Positions 40,059 through 49,607 of a stretch of 64,000 nucleotides of DNA are shown here, in pieces (within the stretch, counting starts at the first letter, position 1; each line of letters opens with the position of its first letter). The notes beneath the pieces are model-generated. The model was not told the DNA's origin. It did no database searches and was given only the letters and a program-made list of their open reading frames with translations. Position numbers and translations under genes: made by a program. Origin of the DNA: Candidatus Omnitrophota bacterium (lineage in GTDB: Bacteria; Omnitrophota; Gorgyraeia; 2-02-FULL-51-18); the NCBI GenBank assembly GCA_945877765.1, contig CAMDWQ010000009.1:7409-71408 (forward strand). Reading direction: 5' to 3'.

Positions 40059-42170
40059 TTAGGGGTAAAACTTTTCACCTTTTTTCGCCAGATCACATAA
40101 ATAGACACAAGGCGCAAAGCGCTGGGGGTCGACTTCTTTTTGGAATCGTTCGAGATCTTTGACGATAGCTCCGATGCCGACAGAATCGGCATAGCGAAGC
40201 AGGCCCCCGCGAAAAGGCGGGAAACCGGTGCCCATGATCATGCCAATATCAACGGTGCCGGGAGAGTCGATGACTTTTTCTTCCAGACATCGAGCGGCCT
40301 CGTTGATCATGATGTAAATCATACGCTTCAGCGCGTCCTCATTGGACACTTTGGTTTTTAAAGCTGTTTTGAGCTCGGGATTGGGTGTCTTTTTACCGTT
40401 GTCATACACATAAAATCCTTTTTTTGATTTTTTCCCGAGAAGTCCTTTGGCTTTTACATCCTCTAAAACTTTAGCGACTTTCATGCGGTCGCCAAAAGCT
40501 TCCTGCAAAATATGAGCAACCTTGTAACCCACGTCAATTCCCACCTGATCCACGAGCTCTATGGGACCCATAGGCATGCCAAAATTTTCGGCAATCGCAT
40601 CGATATTCATCGAGGACATTCCCTCCTGCAAAAGATACGCGGCTTCATTCAGATAGGGCAGAAGAAGGCGGTTGACCAAAAATCCCGGCCTGTCCTCGGT
40701 CAAAATGACGGTCTTGCCCAGACGGCGCGCGAATTGCACGGTGCGTTCAATGGTTTCTTCCGAACTCTGTGCCGCACGAATCACTTCCACTAGCGGCATG
40801 CGGTTGACCGGATTAAAAAAGTGAAGGCCGATCACGCGCTCTGGATGGGTGCAAACTTCTGCCATTTTGGTCACCGGTAAAGACGAAGTATTGGAAGCCA
40901 AGATTACATTTTTATCCGTAAGCCCGTCGAGCTCTTTAAATACCCTCTGCTTAATCCCAAGATCTTCCACGACAGCTTCAATGATCATGCCACAGTTTTT
41001 TAGGCCTGCATTATCCAGTCCCACGGAAATCAAATTCATTTTTCGTTCAACTTCGTGTTTTTTGATCCTCCGGCGTCTTAAAGCGCTTTGAAAGATGCTC
41101 ATCGCTTCCTTCAGAGCGCCAGCGAGTGCTTTTTCGTTTAGATCTTTGACGCGCACGGGGATTTCTTTTTGACTGACCAGCTGGGCAATGCCGCCACCCA
41201 TGACGCCGGCACCGACCACACCGCATTTTTCGATGCCGTCGGATTTGATTTCAAGCTTCGTCCAGCGAAATTTTTTGTACTTCTCACTTAAGAAAAATAC
41301 TTTGATGAGATTTTTGGAAATGCCGGAAGTCCCAAGCTTTGAAAAATGTTCACTCTCCAGGCGGTAGACTTTTTTTCCTCGTTTGCCGTAAGTTTTTTGC
41401 AATAAAAGAATGATTTCAAACGGCGCGGGATACACTCCCTTAGTTTTACTGATCACGTCTTTTCGCGCTTGGTTAAACACGACCGAGCGGCCCATGGGCG
41501 TGTCTTCCAAAAACCACGTAATGAAATTTTTCTTTCTCGCAGGCCTGGGACAGCCTTTACGGACCATCACTTCGGCGAAGGCTATCGAATCTTTTAGGAG
41601 CGTCAATTCCGGGAACAACTTGTCCACCAAACCGGCCTTAAGAGCTTCTTCGGCAGACATCATGCGGCCCGTGATAATCGCCGGCAGTGCTTTCATGAGC
41701 CCGATGAGTCTGGGCAAACGGATGCTTCCGCCAAATCCAGGCAGGATGCCAAGATTGCTTTCGGGTAAACCGATTTTGACGTTGTAGGAAAAAGAAGCGG
41801 TGCGGTATTTGCAGGCAAGTGCTAATTCGTAGCCGCCTCCAAGACAAGCACCGTTGATCACGCAAAAGGTAGGGACTTTCAAATCTTCCAGCTTTTGGAA
41901 AACTTTCTTTCCCTCTTCAGCTTTGAAAAAGGCGTCTTCTTTGGTGCTAATCCCCTCAATCTCTTTGATATCCGCGCCCGCGATAAAAATACGTTTCTTA
42001 GCACTAGTAATGAGCAGTGCCTTCAGATCAGCTTGGGCGGAAACCTCATCCAACGTCAGGCTTAAATTTTTTAAATGCTCGGGTGTGAGGATATTGACCT
42101 CAGCATCCGGATGATCAAAAACTAAATTGCCGATACCGTTTTCAACCGAAAGTTTCCAGGCGCCGCTCAT
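40059..42170 (-). CDS. fadJ: Fatty-acid oxidation complex alpha subunit (enoyl-CoA hydratase/3-hydroxyacyl-CoA dehydrogenase)
   Basis: FIAGADI, GGGYELALAC, GLPE, GAGVMGGGIA, SNTSSL, HFFNP, PMGP; start ATG 42170 preferred. Confidence 0.88.
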   Translation of the reverse strand: MSGAWKLSVENGIGNLVFDHPDAEVNILTPEHLKNLSLTLDEVSAQADLKALLITSAKKRIFIAGADIKEIEGISTKEDAFFKAEEGKKVFQKLEDLKVPTFCVINGACLGGGYELALACKYRTASFSYNVKIGLPESNLGILPGFGGSIRLPRLIGLMKALPAIITGRMMSAEEALKAGLVDKLFPELTLLKDSIAFAEVMVRKGCPRPARKKNFITWFLEDTPMGRSVVFNQARKDVISKTKGVYPAPFEIILLLQKTYGKRGKKVYRLESEHFSKLGTSGISKNLIKVFFLSEKYKKFRWTKLEIKSDGIEKCGVVGAGVMGGGIAQLVSQKEIPVRVKDLNEKALAGALKEAMSIFQSALRRRRIKKHEVERKMNLISVGLDNAGLKNCGMIIEAVVEDLGIKQRVFKELDGLTDKNVILASNTSSLPVTKMAEVCTHPERVIGLHFFNPVNRMPLVEVIRAAQSSEETIERTVQFARRLGKTVILTEDRPGFLVNRLLLPYLNEAAYLLQEGMSSMNIDAIAENFGMPMGPIELVDQVGIDVGYKVAHILQEAFGDRMKVAKVLEDVKAKGLLGKKSKKGFYVYDNGKKTPNPELKTALKTKVSNEDALKRMIYIMINEAARCLEEKVIDSPGTVDIGMIMGTGFPPFRGGLLRYADSVGIGAIVKDLERFQKEVDPQRFAPCVYLCDLAKKGEKFYP

Positions 42171-43453
42171 CGATTTCTCTCCAGAAGGACTGCGCCGCCC
42201 TGGCCGCCGCCGATACACAGCGAGACGAGACCTCTTTCAAGGCCGCGACGTTTCATTTCTTTAAGACAGGTGAGGATAAGGCGAGCGCCGGTGACACCTA
42301 CTGGATGCCCTAGCGCAATGCCGCCGCCATTGACATTTAAAAGAGCGGGATTGATTTCGCCCATGGGTTGTCCCGATGGGAAAAACTTGGCGGCAAATTT
42401 TTTGCACGCCAGCGCTTCCACGGACGCCAGCACTTGCGCGGCGAACGCTTCATTAATTTCAAAAAGCCCGATATCGGACAAAGCCAGTCCCGTTTTTCTT
42501 AAAATTTTCTCGATGACAAATGCCGGCCCCAGGCCCATCTCGCTGGGCTCAAGCCCCACATAATCGTAAGCCGCTATTGTGCCAAGGATCTCATATCCCA
42601 ACGCCTTGGCCTTGTCTTCCTCCATCAAAAGAAGCGCGCACGCGCCGTCGGTGATCTGGGAAGAATTTCCGGCGGTGACAGTCCCCGAGTAGCGGTCAAA
42701 AATAGGTTTAAGTTTAGTGAGTGCTTCCATCGTCTGACCTTCGCGTGCGCCGTTGTCTTCGACGGCCGATTTATCAAAGGATGGCGGAATAAATACCGTC
42801 ATGATTTCTTCTTTTAATTTGGCACGGGAAGCGATGACCCGCTGGTGGCTTTCCAAAGCAAATTGATCCTGGCGCTCTCGTGAAATCGCAAATTTTTTGG
42901 CGACTACTTCGGCGGTCTGGCCCATGTTGAGGCCGCAGGTGGGATCCGTCAGCGCCATTTGCAGTGCCGCTTCAGGGGCAAAATGTTTGGGTCGGAATTG
43001 GGACATGACAGAAATTTTATCTAGGAGACTTTTTGCACGTTGGAGCTTCATAAAAATCTTCACGGCGGGTTTTGAAAAAACCAAAGGGGCATTGGACATC
43101 GACTCAGCGCCGCCGGCAATGACGACCTCATCCATCCCCACGGAGATTTTCTCCACCGCACTCGTGACCGCTTCAAAACCTGACGCACAGTTGCGGTTAA
43201 CGGTGTAAGCGCGTTTTGATTTGGGAATCCCTGCGTATAAGCTGATTACGCGCGCGACGTTGGCCGCGTCAATCGGTTGACCCACGCACCCAATAATGAC
43301 CTCATCGATGAGATGAGGATCAATCCCAGTTTTCTGTAATAGCTCTGTCACGCACAAAGCGCCAAGCTTCTGGGCAGGCATGTCCTCCAAAAGAGTCCAT
43401 GCTTTGATAAAAGGCGTACGCACACCATTCACAACGGCAATCTTTTTAATCAT
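42167..43453 (-). CDS. fadI: 3-ketoacyl-CoA thiolase
   Basis: NRNCASG, NEAFA, GHPVG.TG, CIGGGQG. Confidence 0.88.
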   Translation of the reverse strand: MIKKIAVVNGVRTPFIKAWTLLEDMPAQKLGALCVTELLQKTGIDPHLIDEVIIGCVGQPIDAANVARVISLYAGIPKSKRAYTVNRNCASGFEAVTSAVEKISVGMDEVVIAGGAESMSNAPLVFSKPAVKIFMKLQRAKSLLDKISVMSQFRPKHFAPEAALQMALTDPTCGLNMGQTAEVVAKKFAISRERQDQFALESHQRVIASRAKLKEEIMTVFIPPSFDKSAVEDNGAREGQTMEALTKLKPIFDRYSGTVTAGNSSQITDGACALLLMEEDKAKALGYEILGTIAAYDYVGLEPSEMGLGPAFVIEKILRKTGLALSDIGLFEINEAFAAQVLASVEALACKKFAAKFFPSGQPMGEINPALLNVNGGGIALGHPVGVTGARLILTCLKEMKRRGLERGLVSLCIGGGQGGAVLLERNR

Positions 43454-43552
43454 AAGAGCTCCATAACTGACAAGTATACACGCTTCCGATACGCAATTAA
43501 AGTCAATTATTGATAATTTTTGATTAATAAAATAGGTAAAAAATAAGACTTT

Positions 43553-43921
43553 TTAACGTGAGATGAGTTGATTTATTTTTAGAAGCAAATTCTGCATTTC
43601 AAAGGGCTTGGCGACCATGTAGTCGCATTTCTCAATAGCTGGATCGGCCTCCGAATCTGCCCCAAGAATTCCACTAAAGAGAATAATAGGAATTTTTCTA
43701 AACTTTTCATCTGATTTTAGCTTTTGGCAGACCGCCCAGCCATCAATCTTAGGAAGCATGATATCCATCAAAATAATGTCGGGAAGCGACTGGTGGACAT
43801 GTTCAAGTGCCTCGCCACCATCGTTGGCAGTAATGACCTCAAAACCAGACTTCCCCAGAAACTCTGCTAGGAGGGTGACCATCTCTACCTCGTCATCCAC
43901 CACTAGTATCTTTTTTTTCAT
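43553..43921 (-). CDS. Single-domain response regulator
   Basis: ILVVDDE, DIILMDIMLP, KPF. Confidence 0.92.
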   Translation of the reverse strand: MKKKILVVDDEVEMVTLLAEFLGKSGFEVITANDGGEALEHVHQSLPDIILMDIMLPKIDGWAVCQKLKSDEKFRKIPIILFSGILGADSEADPAIEKCDYMVAKPFEMQNLLLKINQLISR

Positions 43922-43940
43922 TCAAATTTCTCCGCGTGAC

Positions 43941-43990
43941 TCATCATGCCTTATCATAGATTATCATAATTTATCATAGATTACTATAGC
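43941..43990. repeat. 10-bp-period direct repeats (TTATCATA-like), probable regulator site
   Basis: TCATCATGCC TTATCATAGA TTATCATAAT TTATCATAGA TTACTATAGC. Confidence 0.6.
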
Positions 43991-44017
43991 TTGTGATTCC
44001 GTATAAAAAGTTAGTAC

Positions 44018-44047
44018 GATCCCCGATTAGAAATTTCGGGGATGACA
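44018..44047. repeat. REP-like palindrome, family R (single unit)
   Basis: GATCCCCGATTAGAAATTTCGGGGATGACA. Confidence 0.85.
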
Positions 44048-44086
44048 TGGTGGGAGGGTATTAAAGGATTCTATAAATAAATTTAT

Positions 44087-45925
44087 TTAGGAAGTCTGAT
44101 TGTGGTCTGAGATTTCAGAAATAAAAATGTCGCCGAATTCCTGGAGTTTTTTGTCCCCTACGCCGCTAATCTGCCTAAATTCGATAGCGTTTGCGGGTAA
44201 ATCGCGTGCCATTTGGCGCAAAGCCACATCGGAAAAAACAATATAGGCGGGGACGTTTTTTTCGTCCGCCAATTTTTTCCTCAAGCGGCGCAGTCGTTCA
44301 AAAAGTGCTTCATCGCAAACAATTTCACCGGACTTCTGCGCTCTGGGTGCTGTCGATGGTGAAGCTGTCTCTGGTGGCGGCAATAACTGTTGTGTCAACA
44401 CTACCGGCTGGTCCGAGCTTAAAACATTCATCCCCTCTTCCGTCAATTCCAACACACTGAATTTTTCGGCTCGCTGAGTCAATAAGCCTAGACGGACCAA
44501 TTCGCGGCCGATGGCGGACCACTCCCGCTTATGGCGTTCTTTGCCTATCCCATAGGTAGAGATGGCATCGTGCTTCCAGCGGCGAATTTTTTCGGTATTG
44601 GCACCGGTCAGTACTTCGACCACATGATTTAAGCCGACGCTAAAACCGCCCTTTTCACGGATACGAAAAACACAGGATAAAAATTTCTTCGCCAGCACCG
44701 TGCCGTCAAATGTTGATCGCGGGGAAAGACAATTGTCACACCCGCCGCAATTAGCAACGGACGTCTCTTCGCCAAAATAACCCAAGAGTGCCGTACGCCG
44801 GCAGGAGCTGGTCTCCGCATAATGTAAAATCTGGCGTAATTGCTCCCGCGCAATATCCCGCTCACGCGCTGCCGATTTCTGCTCAATAAATTGAGCGTAC
44901 TTGACCGTATCGCCCGCTCCAAAAAGAAGCAAACACTCCGCCGGCAGCCCGTCTCGTCCGGCGCGCCCTGTCTCCTGGTAGTAACCCTCGATGTTTTTTG
45001 GCAAATCATAGTGAATCACAAAACGCACATTGGATTTATGAATCCCCATCCCAAAAGCGATCGTGGCACAGACCACACGCGCTTCGTCGCGCAAAAACAA
45101 TTCTTGATTCTTACTGCGCTCCTCCGTACCCAACCCCGCGTGATAGGGTTTGGCGTCAATCCCCTGCTGGCTCAAACGCTCCGCCAACTCCTCGACCGAG
45201 CGACGGCTCTGGCAATAAATAATCCCGCTGTCCTGTGGGTGACTTTTTAAATAGTGATAAACTTGCTCATAAGCTTTCTGCTTAGCCAAAACCCGGTAAG
45301 TCAAATTGGGCCGGTTAAAACTCGCCACATAAATTGCCGGATTTTTTAGATGAAGCTGACGGACAATATCCTCTTTGACACGACCTGTTGCCGTAGCTGT
45401 CAGCGCCAAAAGGGGCACCTCGGGAAAAGCCTCCCGCAATTCGGCCAGGCGCCTGTACTCCGGACGGAAATCATGACCCCATTCACTAATACAATGCGCC
45501 TCATCGACCGCAATCAAGGTCACTTTCCAGCGCCGCAACTTTTCGACAAAACCCGGGAGCATGAGCCGCTCCGGCGCCGCATACAAAAGGCGGTATTCTC
45601 CCCGGTCCAATTTTTCCAACCGCTCCTTAGATTCAGCGGCATCCAGCGATGAATTTAAAAAAGTAGCGGGGATCCCGCTTGTCTCCATCGCATCCACCTG
45701 GTCTTTCATCAGTGAAATAAGAGGGGAAACGACCAGCGTCAGCCCGGAGCGCGCTAGTGCCGGCAATTGATAGCACAGCGACTTCCCGCCGCCCGTCGGC
45801 AATAAAGCAAACACATCCCGCCCCGACAGTGAGTCTTCAATGATTTCTCTCTGCAGAGGCCGAAACGAGCTAAAGCCAAAACTATGCTTTAAAATTTTTA
45901 ACAAATCGGTAGTTTGTGTCTTCAT
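44087..45925 (-). CDS. recQ: DNA helicase RecQ
   Basis: PTGGGKSLCYQLP, DEAHCISEWGHDFRPEY, YYQETGRAGRDG, RQC Cys motif, HRDC; start ATG 45925 preferred. Confidence 0.96.
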   Translation of the reverse strand: MKTQTTDLLKILKHSFGFSSFRPLQREIIEDSLSGRDVFALLPTGGGKSLCYQLPALARSGLTLVVSPLISLMKDQVDAMETSGIPATFLNSSLDAAESKERLEKLDRGEYRLLYAAPERLMLPGFVEKLRRWKVTLIAVDEAHCISEWGHDFRPEYRRLAELREAFPEVPLLALTATATGRVKEDIVRQLHLKNPAIYVASFNRPNLTYRVLAKQKAYEQVYHYLKSHPQDSGIIYCQSRRSVEELAERLSQQGIDAKPYHAGLGTEERSKNQELFLRDEARVVCATIAFGMGIHKSNVRFVIHYDLPKNIEGYYQETGRAGRDGLPAECLLLFGAGDTVKYAQFIEQKSAARERDIAREQLRQILHYAETSSCRRTALLGYFGEETSVANCGGCDNCLSPRSTFDGTVLAKKFLSCVFRIREKGGFSVGLNHVVEVLTGANTEKIRRWKHDAISTYGIGKERHKREWSAIGRELVRLGLLTQRAEKFSVLELTEEGMNVLSSDQPVVLTQQLLPPPETASPSTAPRAQKSGEIVCDEALFERLRRLRKKLADEKNVPAYIVFSDVALRQMARDLPANAIEFRQISGVGDKKLQEFGDIFISEISDHNQTS

Positions 45926-46036
45926 TGCTTCCTTAATATTTTCAACCCTCACTATACTTGACGACGGCACCCCTCTTTTTCGTCATAAAAATATCAAACT
46001 TTTTTAATCGATTAATGCCGCCTAGTGTCGTCGCAA

Positions 46037-46294
46037 CGTCATTCCCGAACACCACGCAGTGTCATCCCCGAAATTATTTATCGGGGATCATACATCACCC
46101 CACAGTGTCATCCCCGAAATTGTTTATCGGGGATCATACATCACCCCCACAGTGTCATCCCCGAAATTGTTTATCGGGGATCATACGCAGATTTGATTCC
46201 CGATTAAAACTCTCGGGAATGACGTAGGTGTTAGAGATCATACCTTAGTTTGATTCCCGATTAAAGCTCTCGGGAATGACGTTGTGGAATGACA
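46037..46294. repeat. BIME-like cluster of family R palindromes
   Basis: Three tandem 46-47-bp units (46057, 46103, 46150) CAGTGTCATCCCCGAAATT.TTTATCGGGGATCATAC, then two GATTCCCGATTAAA.CTCTCGGGAATGACG units. Confidence 0.9.
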
Positions 46295-47397
46295 TTAGAG
46301 AGAAGCGGTTGGGCTAATTCTGGGTTTTCGAGCAAATTACCGTAATAAAAAACCACACAGCTGCGGGGCTTGGCTTCTTCACAGGCGCTGAATTGCTGTT
46401 GGAAAACTTCGGGCGTCTTCAAAAATTTGTAAGTACCGACCGCGATATTCACTTTTTTTAAATCCACGGTATTTCGAACAGCATCTTCTAGTTGTTTTTT
46501 AAACTCGTCTAAATTATTTCCGTAGCACATGAGCGTCACAAAATCGACGAGATTAGTCTGAAGCCACGCCCGCCAGTCCTGAAAAGATTCTAGCGACGCG
46601 CGTGAGTAAGACATAAGCCCCGTCGTAGAAACTTGAATATTAGGACGAATCGAGCGCGCTTTCCGGACAATACGGCGGACAAGACCCGTCACTTGCGCGT
46701 ATTTCCATTGTTTCCAGGCGGGGCTGTCTTCGCTGATTTGATAGATCCCCGTCGACTGCTTAAAACGATCCATGTTCCGCTGGGTGTAACCATAGGAGGG
46801 GTGAACATCCGGATAGCGGATGTAATCCAGTTGGATGCCATCCAATGCGGGATAGGCCCGCACGACTTCCCCCACAATCTTGGAAAGCGTATCCTGCACC
46901 CGCAAATCACCCGGCTCCAAAAAATATTGATTATCAATTTTGTAATCCGCGAGTGTCTTTTTTTCCTGGAGATTGCGCGTGAGAATCTCTGGGCCGTATT
47001 TTTTTAAAAGCGGCGCCTCCTCATTGGTGCTCAAGCTTAAAAGGTTCATCCAGGCATGGACTTGGATTCCGTGGGTATGTGCCTTTTTGATGAGTAACGA
47101 AAAAGGATCTTCACCGACTTTTTTAAAACAACTCTCGTAAGGCGTGGAATCCGCTAAGGCTGAGGGAAACCAAGCGCGGTTGGAACGATAAATTTGGACA
47201 AAAAGGACCTGAATCCGCGCCTTTTTGGCGAAATCAACCAGCACCTCGATCGACTGCCGGTCCGAAAGAACCAAAGGGTTCTCAATCGCCGAGACAAAAA
47301 GACCCCGGCGCGGAACTTCACTTCCCTGCGCCGGAGCCAGAAATAAAAATAGAAAGAAAAAAAGAAAAGCGAGGGTACTAGCGGCTGACTCTTTCAA
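46261..47397 (-). CDS. GHL10/DUF187-like exported glycoside hydrolase
   Basis: Signal peptide, LFVQ, DPFSLLI..AH..GIQVHAW, LDGIQLDYIRYP, QDW..W. Confidence 0.82.
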   Translation of the reverse strand: MKESAASTLAFLFFFLFLFLAPAQGSEVPRRGLFVSAIENPLVLSDRQSIEVLVDFAKKARIQVLFVQIYRSNRAWFPSALADSTPYESCFKKVGEDPFSLLIKKAHTHGIQVHAWMNLLSLSTNEEAPLLKKYGPEILTRNLQEKKTLADYKIDNQYFLEPGDLRVQDTLSKIVGEVVRAYPALDGIQLDYIRYPDVHPSYGYTQRNMDRFKQSTGIYQISEDSPAWKQWKYAQVTGLVRRIVRKARSIRPNIQVSTTGLMSYSRASLESFQDWRAWLQTNLVDFVTLMCYGNNLDEFKKQLEDAVRNTVDLKKVNIAVGTYKFLKTPEVFQQQFSACEEAKPRSCVVFYYGNLLENPELAQPLLSNVIPQRHSREL

Positions 47398-47653
47398 TCA
47401 TCGCCGCCTGCTTGTGGTCTTCCCCGAGCCAGATTCGTAATTTGTCGTTGCGTTTATAATCGCTGATCATGCCCTGTTTGACAACCACACGGTAATCGCG
47501 GTTACCGATCGTATTCTTGAGCACATTGCGGATCACCAACGTATTTTTGGTGTAATCAATCGTCCCCACGCGGCCCTCCAAATCCGGTTCATCCGCCCAG
47601 GCAAAAGACGTCAAAAGTAAAAACCCCGCCAAGAATAATAAATATTTTTTCAT
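47378..47653 (-). CDS. Small exported protein
   Basis: MKKYLLFLAGFLLLTSFAWA signal peptide; ATG 47653 overlaps the upstream stop. Confidence 0.65.
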   Translation of the reverse strand: MKKYLLFLAGFLLLTSFAWADEPDLEGRVGTIDYTKNTLVIRNVLKNTIGNRDYRVVVKQGMISDYKRNDKLRIWLGEDHKQAAMIERVSR

Positions 47654-48600
47654 CGGGCTTCCTTTATTTTGGGTAAAAATAAAATGTTCTTGAGCACAAT
47701 ATAGCACAAAAAGCGGACGAGCGCGAAGGGTCGGGTCAGCGTTTCCAGCAGCACCGTCCACTGCCGCTCATCTAGTTTTTTCCCAAACGCCAAAGCTTTG
47801 GAAAGCTGTCTTTGTCTTTCTGCCTTTTGTCCCGGGTTACCTTCGCTCCTATTTTTTATCTCCAAGGACTGATGGAGCCTGAGCAAAAACCCGTGCAATT
47901 TCCACAAAACTTTTTTATCCGCGCGGCCAAAACCATGACTTAATCGGTGAATACGCCAACGGCACAAAAACTCAGGGATCATGTAAAAGGACGTCCGCAA
48001 ACTCAGATGAGCCAGGATCCACCAGTCCTTGTTGGAACGCATTGTTTCTAGCGGCGGTATTCCGTCCAAGAGTTCTTTTCGAACAATAAAATGAGAAAAC
48101 GAAGCCACAGGATTGCGTTTTAAAAAAACAGAAAAAAGATCCACCGGACGCCCCATCGGGATCCCCGCCGCATTCGCCAACTCATAAATTTTCCAATAGA
48201 TGACTCCTCGAAACCAACCAAAGGGCCTGTAGCGGGAAAAAACCACACCGACTTCCTGATTTTCTTCCAAGATTTTCATTTTTTTTTCAAGATTCCGCGG
48301 ATGCCAAACGTCATCCGACTCCAAAAAAGCCACCACTTCTCCACGGGCGTGCTTTAAAGCTTCCCGGTAGGTGCTAGCCAAGCCAAGATTTCGGCAGCCC
48401 TCATGCGTCAAGACGCGCATCTTGCCAGGATACTGTGATGCGTAGTCTCTTAAAAAATCCAGCGATCCGTCGGTAGAGCCGTCATCGACAACAAGCAGTT
48501 CAAAATCGCGGTACGTCTGGGCCATCACCGAGTCGAGTGCTTGGCCAACATAGCGGCGGTAATTATAGCTAGGTAGGATGACGCTGACAGACGGGTTCAT
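47650..48600 (-). CDS. Glycosyltransferase family 2
   Basis: VSVILPSYN, VVDDGSTDGS, FLESDD. Confidence 0.9.
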   Translation of the reverse strand: MNPSVSVILPSYNYRRYVGQALDSVMAQTYRDFELLVVDDGSTDGSLDFLRDYASQYPGKMRVLTHEGCRNLGLASTYREALKHARGEVVAFLESDDVWHPRNLEKKMKILEENQEVGVVFSRYRPFGWFRGVIYWKIYELANAAGIPMGRPVDLFSVFLKRNPVASFSHFIVRKELLDGIPPLETMRSNKDWWILAHLSLRTSFYMIPEFLCRWRIHRLSHGFGRADKKVLWKLHGFLLRLHQSLEIKNRSEGNPGQKAERQRQLSKALAFGKKLDERQWTVLLETLTRPFALVRFLCYIVLKNILFLPKIKEAR

Positions 48601-49607
48601 CGGAAAGCCATGCCTCTTCTCTTAAAAAATCCGGATAAGGAAAAAATAAAGCCCGACATCATCCCCAAAAACATCACTTGGGAATCCACTAATTTTAAAA
48701 CCGCCGCTTTTATCTGAAATACAACTCCCCGCCCCCGCATCCCTTCCAAAAATGGCAGCCAATGAATATAAAATAAGCTGACAAGAATAAACGCCGCCCC
48801 CGCCAAGGGCAATGAATGAAAAACCAGAGCACCCAAACCGCAAATAAACGCCCCAGCCGCCCCCGCCATCGCCGCCGTCTGACCCAGTGACGCGTGAGAA
48901 AAGCTCCTTTTCTTACAAATCTGCCCAAATCCCCCATAGCGTACAAACATCAGCGAAAATAAAAACGGAATGACGAAATCATTTTTTAAAAGGCTTCTCA
49001 TCGTGTACTTTTTTAAATGATCCACTTCCAGTGTGTGGTCCAGGATCACTTTTTTATCACGTCGGGCAAACCGAATCCCCGCCTCAGAGTCACTCACCAG
49101 ACTCCCAAAAGGCTGGGTGATAGGTCTAAAAAAAATCATTTCCTCTCTTCGGACAGCCCACAGCGATCCATAGAGAAAAGAGGACTCCGAGGGCTGCTTC
49201 AAAAAAACATGTCGCATGTAGAAATTTTTGTAATCCGAAAAAAAGGAGCCTGTGGGTTTGTCCGAGGAAAGGATTCCGGTCAAAGCATGAACCGCAGGGT
49301 CCTGAAAATTTCTTAGAATTTTTTCAAAAGTATCGGGGCGCACACACACATCCGCATCAACAAAAACTAAAATGGGATACCGCGCGGCCCTCGCCCCCGC
49401 AAATCGCGGCTCCATGGGTCCTGAGCGCAGCGCCACGGGAATAATTTGACAGGGAAAACCCGCGGCGATTTCACGCGTTGCATCCGTCGAAGCATCATCG
49501 ACAACTAGGACTTCCCCCGGAGCGGCCGAGGAAGCAAAGATTGCCTCAAGACTTGCTTTCATTGTCCCCTGCATATTTCGGGCTGGGATGATGACTGAAA
49601 AACTCAT
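48597..49607 (-). CDS. Glycosyltransferase family 2 with C-terminal TM helices
   Basis: SVIIPARN, VVDDASTD, FVDAD; start ATG 49607 preferred. Confidence 0.88.
   Translation of the reverse strand: MSFSVIIPARNMQGTMKASLEAIFASSAAPGEVLVVDDASTDATREIAAGFPCQIIPVALRSGPMEPRFAGARAARYPILVFVDADVCVRPDTFEKILRNFQDPAVHALTGILSSDKPTGSFFSDYKNFYMRHVFLKQPSESSFLYGSLWAVRREEMIFFRPITQPFGSLVSDSEAGIRFARRDKKVILDHTLEVDHLKKYTMRSLLKNDFVIPFLFSLMFVRYGGFGQICKKRSFSHASLGQTAAMAGAAGAFICGLGALVFHSLPLAGAAFILVSLFYIHWLPFLEGMRGRGVVFQIKAAVLKLVDSQVMFLGMMSGFIFSLSGFFKRRGMAFR

Noticed and set aside
46037-46294. Regularly spaced palindromic repeats resembling a CRISPR array
   Set aside because: The intervening sequences are short and nearly identical, the same unit occurs singly elsewhere, and no cas genes are present. 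It is a REP/BIME-like cluster.
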